Positions 57,931-64,000 of a stretch of DNA of 64,000 bases are shown one piece after another. Both the position numbers and the translations under genes were made by a program. Within the stretch, counting starts at the first letter, position 1. The number at the start of each line of letters is the position of its first letter. Origin of the DNA: an uncultured virus (IMG/VR IMGVR_UViG_3300028569_000010) (taxonomy: Duplodnaviria > Heunggongvirae > Uroviricota > Caudoviricetes); IMG/VR virus record IMGVR_UViG_3300028569_000010; one strand, given 5' to 3'. Under the pieces are notes generated by a model. That model was given only the letters and a program-made list of their open reading frames with translations. It was not told the origin of the DNA and made no database searches.

Positions 57931-58302
57931 ATGAAAGCAAATCTAGAACACGACTTATTTCCCTCTGAATATATCAGAAACAAATGTAAAAATAGTGAAA
58001 TTTATTCACAAAATTTATACGCTTGTCTTTGTAATAATAGGTTTTTTAAGAATAACGAAGAATGGAGTTGTTCTTGGAGAATGGCGGGAGGAATAGTAGC
58101 AGACTTAAGAGATAAGGGAGAAGAATATACCGATTGGTATTGCAGTGGGATACTTGGAGATAAAGTTGATGGATATGTTGCCGAAAGCGTTGTAACATCA
58201 GAAATTGCTAATGATCTTTTAAATCTAGGATGGACTATTAAGCCTTATGAACCAAGATTAGAACCGGGAGTATATAGAAATGAGTGGCGAATTACCAGAT
58301 AG
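57931..58302 (+). CDS. Phage hypothetical protein
   Basis: QNLYACLCNN...CSWRMAGGIVA...Y.DWYCSG motif. Confidence 0.65.
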   Translation: MKANLEHDLFPSEYIRNKCKNSEIYSQNLYACLCNNRFFKNNEEWSCSWRMAGGIVADLRDKGEEYTDWYCSGILGDKVDGYVAESVVTSEIANDLLNLGWTIKPYEPRLEPGVYRNEWRITR

Positions 58303-58918
58303 TAAAATACCGTGGTGGGACAATCATTATGAAGATGTTTATAGTGAAGAAGTAGAAGATGGCTATCCTTATGATACGGGAACCAAAGTGCAGGAATGAA
58401 AACTTATAAAGAAGTTAAACGCAAAGTTGAGGATAAGGTATACTGCGATCTTTGTGGACAAAGTTGTACGCTAGATCAGTTTGGTAGTGAATATGCTACA
58501 CTAGAGGCTATATGGGGATATGGCTCAAAAAAAGATGGAGAGAAGTTTGATATACAAATTTGCGAAAACTGTTTTAATGAAACTTTAAACTGGATGAAAG
58601 AAAAAAGAAGAATAAATTTAGGCTCGTTCTCATACCCTCATAATAAAGACCCGTTGAATGGAGAAAACTATAACATAATATGAGAAAACGAAAGAAAGAG
58701 AAAAGGGCTAAAGGTATCAAGGGTTATTTGCTTTATAGTCCAGTAACCCAAAATCATTTTTTTAGAGTACACAATAAGAAAGATCCGACTAAATTTAAGG
58801 ATTATAAAATAACCGCAGAAGATATAGAGATCAAACTATTGTCTAATTTTAATGCTCTAATAGAACTTGATACTGGTGAAAAAATACTAGATTATACTAG
58901 AGAAGTATTGGGGCACTA

Positions 58919-59542
58919 ATGAATAATCATATAACTCTCATTGGCGATGTTCACGGTAAATATGATCGTTACCATAAAATCATTCGTCAAACTGAGCGGC
59001 ACCCATACTCTGTACAAGTTGGGGATTTTGGCTTTGACTATACGACATTAAAGAATGTTGATCCGAAAAATCATGTATTTATTGGTGGGAATCATGACCA
59101 ATATGATATTATAAATGATGTCCCCAATTATCTTGGAGACTATGGATATGTGAATAATTTTAATGGTATTGACTTCTTCTTCTTTCGCGGTGCTTACAGT
59201 ATTGATAGACAATATAGAACAATAGGCATCGACTGGTGGGAGCAGGAGCAACTAAAGATGGAAGACTTTATTAAGGCAAGAGAACTTTATAGAGATATTA
59301 AGCCAAATATTATGATAACTCATGATTGTCCACAAGAGATTGTTCTACAAATGCTAAGGCCGGGAGATAGAGTATTTGAAAATCATACCTCTTGGGCTTT
59401 ACAGGAGTTGTTTAATATTCATCAACCAAAGATGTGGTTTTTTGGTCACTGGCATAAGTCACGACAAATTCAGCATGGAAACACAAAGTTTATTTGTTTG
59501 AATGAGTTGGAAACTTATACTTTGACTAAAGATTCCTATTGA
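58919..59542 (+). CDS. Calcineurin-like metallophosphoesterase
   Basis: IGDVHG, VGDFG, GGNHD, THDCP, FGHWH. Confidence 0.9.
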   Translation: MNNHITLIGDVHGKYDRYHKIIRQTERHPYSVQVGDFGFDYTTLKNVDPKNHVFIGGNHDQYDIINDVPNYLGDYGYVNNFNGIDFFFFRGAYSIDRQYRTIGIDWWEQEQLKMEDFIKARELYRDIKPNIMITHDCPQEIVLQMLRPGDRVFENHTSWALQELFNIHQPKMWFFGHWHKSRQIQHGNTKFICLNELETYTLTKDSY

Positions 59543-59575
59543 CAAACGTCGATAGTGTGGTAACATAACAATATT

Positions 59576-59669
59576 GATGCCGAAAGGTTGGGATCGCGGG
59601 TAATCCCATAATCAATTTCCGTAGACTTTTTAGCGTGGTTTTGTGTAAGATTGAAAACCACGATTCATC
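59576..59669 (+). ncRNA. Candidate structured leader or ncRNA
   Basis: After promoter 59539-59566; GATG/CATC closure with hairpins tgggat/atccca and cgtggtttt/aaaaccacg. Confidence 0.35.
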
Positions 59670-60664
59670 TTATAAAGAGATAATTATTTATGGACTGCCC
59701 TAATTGCTTAACTCCATGGAAATGTAATGGCCCCCATCTTGAGAAAAGCGATTTTAACTACTATAAAAGCAGTGAAGGTTATTGGGTATTCAAGCCTTTA
59801 TTACAAAAATATGTTTTTATTCCTTTTGAAAAAGAGTATGATGAAAATCAGCTCTTAGATATAAGCAATACATTGAAAATATTGAATAAAGAAAAGTATA
59901 AGAGTCAAAATAAAAGATTAGAAGTTTTACAAAAACTAAGTGACTTAGATCAGGAATTAGGATTAGTCTAATGAAAATGGGATCAGTGGTTGTATTTGAA
60001 CCAAATAACTTTAATCCAGAATTTTGGAAACAATTTCCAGAAGAGGATAAGATTAAATATTATGGGCCTTTGGGCTATGGTTCAAACAAGAAAAAGTTTT
60101 TCGTATTTTTAACAGAAATTTATGCTGCTCCCCGATGGGAGTTCTTACCAGTACGGTTTTTATAGGATACAAATCAAATCTTCCTAAGAAAAACCCTAAA
60201 GACAAAGAAGAAAAATATGTCGTGGCAAGCAAGCCTGCTTAAAATTATGGAAATTTGTTGCGGTATATTATTAGCACGATTAATATTATTTTTTATAAAC
60301 AAGATCAAGAACTGAATTAACAGTCACCTTTGGGTTGATCGCCAAGGGTAGCGTCCTGAGCCTCTGGTTCATCTATTGTAGGGATTTCCCTCTCGATGTT
60401 CAATGCTCAATAATGGGGGCGCTTTCAATACGCCGGAGAAATTATGAATAGTTTATTTAACTTGTTGTTGGCAGCATCACTGGCTTTTCCGACATCTATT
60501 ATTATATCTTTTCTATATTATATGGGATGTGCTATTGTAGTAAACTGCTTTAAGTATAATTATGGTAATGAAAATTATTGGATATTTTCTCACGCTGTTG
60601 TAATATTGGTAATTAGTTGGATAATTAGTTTTGGACTTTACATTATATTCTTAGAAAGAGAACT

Positions 60665-60961
60665 ATGAAAGGCCCACTAATCTACTACGAAATTAAGGAT
60701 ATATATGGTACTGATTTATCTAGTACCAAATTGGCTACACAATTAGGCAAAGATATAATGGGCGATATTGATCTAGGATTTAATGTGGAACTAGACTTTA
60801 AAGATGTTCGTAGTATAACTAACGGATGGGCTAGAAATGTGGTAGGAACTATTGCTAAAAAACATGGCGAAGATTTTGTAAAAAGCCACATACTAATTAG
60901 TAACATGACTAAAGGTGTTCGCAAAACTATGTTGGAAGGCATTGGAGATATATTGGTATGA
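60665..60961 (+). CDS. STAS-like (DUF4325) protein, copy 1
   Basis: DLSS...A..L...I.......VELDFKDVRSIT..WA..VVG.IA...G..FV...I.I.NM pattern. Confidence 0.65.
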   Translation: MKGPLIYYEIKDIYGTDLSSTKLATQLGKDIMGDIDLGFNVELDFKDVRSITNGWARNVVGTIAKKHGEDFVKSHILISNMTKGVRKTMLEGIGDILV

Positions 60962-61191
60962 CATTTGAAGAATTTCAAACCAAAGTAGACGATACGTTTA
61001 TGGCTAATCAACCCCCAAAAATTCTTGCTACTAATCGGTGGAGATATGGTCAAACAATAATGAATGTTTTACACGATGTTTGGCATCAAAAATATCTGGA
61101 AATTAGCGATTCAGATATGGATTGTTTTTATACTAATCGTAATGTTGATATGGTATTAAATAAACTGGAGAAAGAATGGAAGTTAAAGTAA
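60958..61191 (+). CDS. Hypothetical protein, copy 1
   Basis: WRYGQT.MNVL...DCFY; paralog of 62430-62657. Confidence 0.65.
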   Translation: MTFEEFQTKVDDTFMANQPPKILATNRWRYGQTIMNVLHDVWHQKYLEISDSDMDCFYTNRNVDMVLNKLEKEWKLK

Positions 61192-62136
61192 AACAAGAAT
61201 ACCAAACTTTAGATAAGAACAACTTTGATCAAGTGTGTTGTCTTGTGGATCGCATAGTAGAAGATATTTGTATTACATCAGAACTAGAAAAAAATCCATT
61301 TTGGCACGAAGAATTAAAAATATCCATGATAAAAGACTATATGATAGACCTTATTAATCCAGACCTTTTAGATTTTAACAAGGATATTGCATGAACATAT
61401 CAATTTGGTATAGAAACGGTGAATATCACTGGGAATTTTATGATGGGCCAGATGGCATCGACCATTTTACAGGTTTTTCCTCTAGTCTGGGAGAGGCTTT
61501 TGAATCTATAATCAAACAACAACTAATGAATTCCATGCAATATCAATAAACTCAAGCCTGTCTTGACAAACGCCGATAACATGGTATAAATAGTCAGTAT
61601 TGACACTTTAAGGCTAGTTTCTTGCAATAAAAGGACACTTTTGACACTTATGAACTACTATATTGAAAAACACGATATGGAAATGATCTTGGATGCTCTG
61701 GAGAATCTTGTGGCGGATATGAAACACGCTAAAGATAATGGTCATTATAGACTTGTCGATTATCCTTATTCTATTGATGATGTTAATGGTCTTTTAAAGA
61801 GTTTTACAGAGAATAACTAATGACCGAAAACCCACTACAACTAGCAACTAAAAATTGGATAGAAGCAGTCCAGAAGTATTATGAGAATACTCGTAGTAAT
61901 GAATTAACCCAAATACATATGAGGGGGCATTTTAGCGGTTGGAGCGAAAGAGAGATAGTGAATTTAGCGAACAAATTGGCTAAAAATGAAAACGATTATC
62001 CTTTGTGGAGAGACTTGGAAAAGTAACAATTTTTCAAGATAGTTGTATCCCTACCAAGGGAGGATTGCTTAATATTAGTGCAGAAAAAATTTCAACATGA
62101 CACAAGAAGAATTTTAATATAAAAAGAAGAGGAACT

Positions 62137-62433
62137 ATGAAAGGCCCACTAATCTATTACGAAATCAAACATATGTATGGTACTGATTTAAGCAGCACCA
62201 AAAAAGCTAGTGAATTACGACAAAGCATCCTAGAAGAAATAGGTCTAGGATTTAATGTAGAGATTGATTTTAAAGGTGTTCGTTCAGTTACTAATGGGTG
62301 GGCTAGAAATCTAATTGGTGTTATAGCTAAAGAACAAGGATCGGACTTTGTTAAGAGTCATATACTCCTTATCAATATGAGTAAGAATATTAGAACAACA
62401 TTACTTGAGGGTGTGGAGGATATATTAGTATGA
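62137..62433 (+). CDS. STAS-like (DUF4325) protein, copy 2
   Basis: Same length (98 aa) as 60665-60961 and clearly similar. Confidence 0.65.
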   Translation: MKGPLIYYEIKHMYGTDLSSTKKASELRQSILEEIGLGFNVEIDFKGVRSVTNGWARNLIGVIAKEQGSDFVKSHILLINMSKNIRTTLLEGVEDILV

Positions 62434-62657
62434 AGTTTGTAGAATTTCTATATAAAGTTGATGAGACTTTTATGAGCAATCAACCTCCAAAGGTTTCTGC
62501 CGCTAATCAGTGGAGATATGGTCAAACAGTAATGAATGTTCTTTGGGATATTTGGCCCGAGAAACACGACGAAATTAAAGACAGCGATTTTAACTGTTTT
62601 TATACTAATCGTAATGTTCCTATGGTTCTAAATAAATTAGAGAAAGAATGGCGATGA
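62430..62657 (+). CDS. Hypothetical protein, copy 2
   Basis: Paralog of 60958-61191. Confidence 0.65.
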   Translation: MKFVEFLYKVDETFMSNQPPKVSAANQWRYGQTVMNVLWDIWPEKHDEIKDSDFNCFYTNRNVPMVLNKLEKEWR

Positions 62658-62920
62658 ACAGAGATATAGATTCTGATAAAGATTTTAGCATGAGCGTGGA
62701 TGAATACTTAGCAACTTACAAACCCGGCCCGTTCATTCCTTATGCCGTCTACAACGCTCACAGAGACTCTATAACGGTCTATTTTAAAAAAGAGAGAGAC
62801 TACACACAGCCATTAAACGATGCCTTAGAACTGCATTTATCGCAAGAAACAAATGAGATAGTGGGAGCGACTATTTTCAATATCAAGAAACTTTGTGACA
62901 AACAAAATGAAACTAACTAA
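62648..62920 (+). CDS. DUF2283-like small protein
   Basis: YNAHRDSITVYF...LELHLSQETNEIVGATI pattern. Confidence 0.45.
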   Translation: MAMNRDIDSDKDFSMSVDEYLATYKPGPFIPYAVYNAHRDSITVYFKKERDYTQPLNDALELHLSQETNEIVGATIFNIKKLCDKQNETN

Positions 62921-63055
62921 TCAAGACTTAGATATACTACGAGAACTTTTAGAAGATAAGATAGATCAAATAGATCGTGGGCCAGAAAATGAAGTTGATA
63001 AACAAATGCCGGTACACCTCAATCTTCTCAAAAAATTAGACACGATGTATTTTTC

Positions 63056-63616
63056 ATGATATACTTTATTGCAGATCCTCATTTTGGACATCATAAAATA
63101 ATTCAATATTGTAATCGTCCATTTGATAATGTTCACATAATGGATCAGGTTATATTCGATAATATTAACGAAGTTGTTGGGCCAGATGATACTCTGTATA
63201 TTCTTGGAGACTTTTGTTTTAGAGGAAAGAAGCCACTTGAGTACAGAATAAGAATAGTTTGTCAAGATATTCATTTAATTTTGGGGAATCACGACAAAAG
63301 AACTGATTTTTATCCCAGTGATCTTGTTACAGATATGAACGGGTTTTCTTCTGTTCAAGAGGTAAAAGAAATAATATATTGTAACCAAAGAATATATCTA
63401 AGTCATTATCCTCACAGAAGTTGGCCCGCTAGTCATAAGGGTAGTTTTATGCTATACGGTCATGTGCATTCTAATATAGATCATGAAGATAGGGTATCTT
63501 CTAAAAAAACACTAGATGTTGGTGTTGATAACTGTAAAAATTATGGTAAACCTTTTGGTCAACCATTTTCTTTTAAAGAGATACAGAGTATAATGAGTAA
63601 GAGAGGTTTACAGTGA
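63056..63616 (+). CDS. Calcineurin-like metallophosphoesterase
   Basis: ADPHFGH, LGDF, GNHD, HYP, YGHVH, DVGVD. Confidence 0.9.
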   Translation: MIYFIADPHFGHHKIIQYCNRPFDNVHIMDQVIFDNINEVVGPDDTLYILGDFCFRGKKPLEYRIRIVCQDIHLILGNHDKRTDFYPSDLVTDMNGFSSVQEVKEIIYCNQRIYLSHYPHRSWPASHKGSFMLYGHVHSNIDHEDRVSSKKTLDVGVDNCKNYGKPFGQPFSFKEIQSIMSKRGLQ

Positions 63617-64000
63617 GTAATTATCTAAATTTTGATATACCTATATTTACTTGTTATTTAGATTCATCTTTCCTTTATAATAAACCGGCTAGTGTAAATG
63701 CTAAACGAATCCCTGTAGAAGTATTTTCTTACACAAGTATACCACAAAGATGTGGTTTATTTTCTATTATGACTGAATATGGCAGTCAACACGCTAGAGT
63801 TCCTTTACATTATTTAAGGACGAATGATTCTGGAGGAACAAATTACCCATTAGATTGGATTCAACTATGGGATAGTATGAGCTATTATGGTAGCATTAAT
63901 ATTAACTCGTACACAAAGAATAGAGCAGCTAACATAATATTAAAAAACAAGAAACAAGAAAAAGTAAAATATCTGTTCACTATAGATTGGTGTTTTGGCC
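63613..64000 (+). CDS. Hypothetical protein (partial)
   Basis: GTG start coupled to the upstream stop, GAGG RBS; open to the window end. Confidence 0.55.
   Translation, partial: MSNYLNFDIPIFTCYLDSSFLYNKPASVNAKRIPVEVFSYTSIPQRCGLFSIMTEYGSQHARVPLHYLRTNDSGGTNYPLDWIQLWDSMSYYGSININSYTKNRAANIILKNKKQEKVKYLFTIDWCFG

Noticed and set aside
59971..60241. Possible deletion or fusion scar after ...TEIYAAP
   Set aside because: The ORF end looks abrupt, but a breakpoint cannot be supported without homologs.
34896..63274. Minus-strand ORFs in the right arm (e.g. 38360-38767, 42257-42784, 48713-49234, 55434-55889)
   Set aside because: They overlap plus-strand genes, promoters or tRNAs and have no RBS or recognisable motifs.
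1..64000. Stop-codon reassignment
   Set aside because: Long genes are intact in code 11, TAA, TAG and TGA all end genes, and no suppressor tRNA was seen.

Overview
This window is part of a large, AT-rich tailed dsDNA phage genome (Caudoviricetes, standard genetic code). No integrase or CRISPR array is visible. It has two divergent arms. (1) About 1-34.6 kb, minus strand, is the late/virion arm: very large tail or fibre proteins (FN3, LamG, Ig-like, RCC1 and BspA/DUF285-type repeats), major capsid, decoration protein, protease-scaffold, portal, terminase, ClpP, ERCC4 and HNH nucleases, Gmd, a methyltransferase and a sigma factor. Candidate late promoters read GTGTATWAT. (2) About 34.8-64 kb, plus strand, carries dozens of small early or accessory genes, nine tRNAs (including rare Ile-UAU and Ser-ACU anticodons and an Asn tRNA with a long variable arm) and many sigma70-type promoters sharing a GHCGAT motif. 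The most striking unexplained structure is an array of 11 intergenic 78-bp elements at 34.8-49.3 kb with invariant geometry: a 25-bp palindromic box TAAGTnnTT-N7-AAnnACTTA, a 28-bp GC-rich spacer and a second 25-bp box. Many begin at the upstream stop codon, and ten lie 20 or 30-32 bp before a -35 box, dividing the early region into cassette-like units. A 60-bp GC-rich in-frame insert encoding a type IV prepilin leader points to captured host DNA, plausibly from a Planctomycetota host (inference). All product calls come from motif recognition by eye, not database searches.
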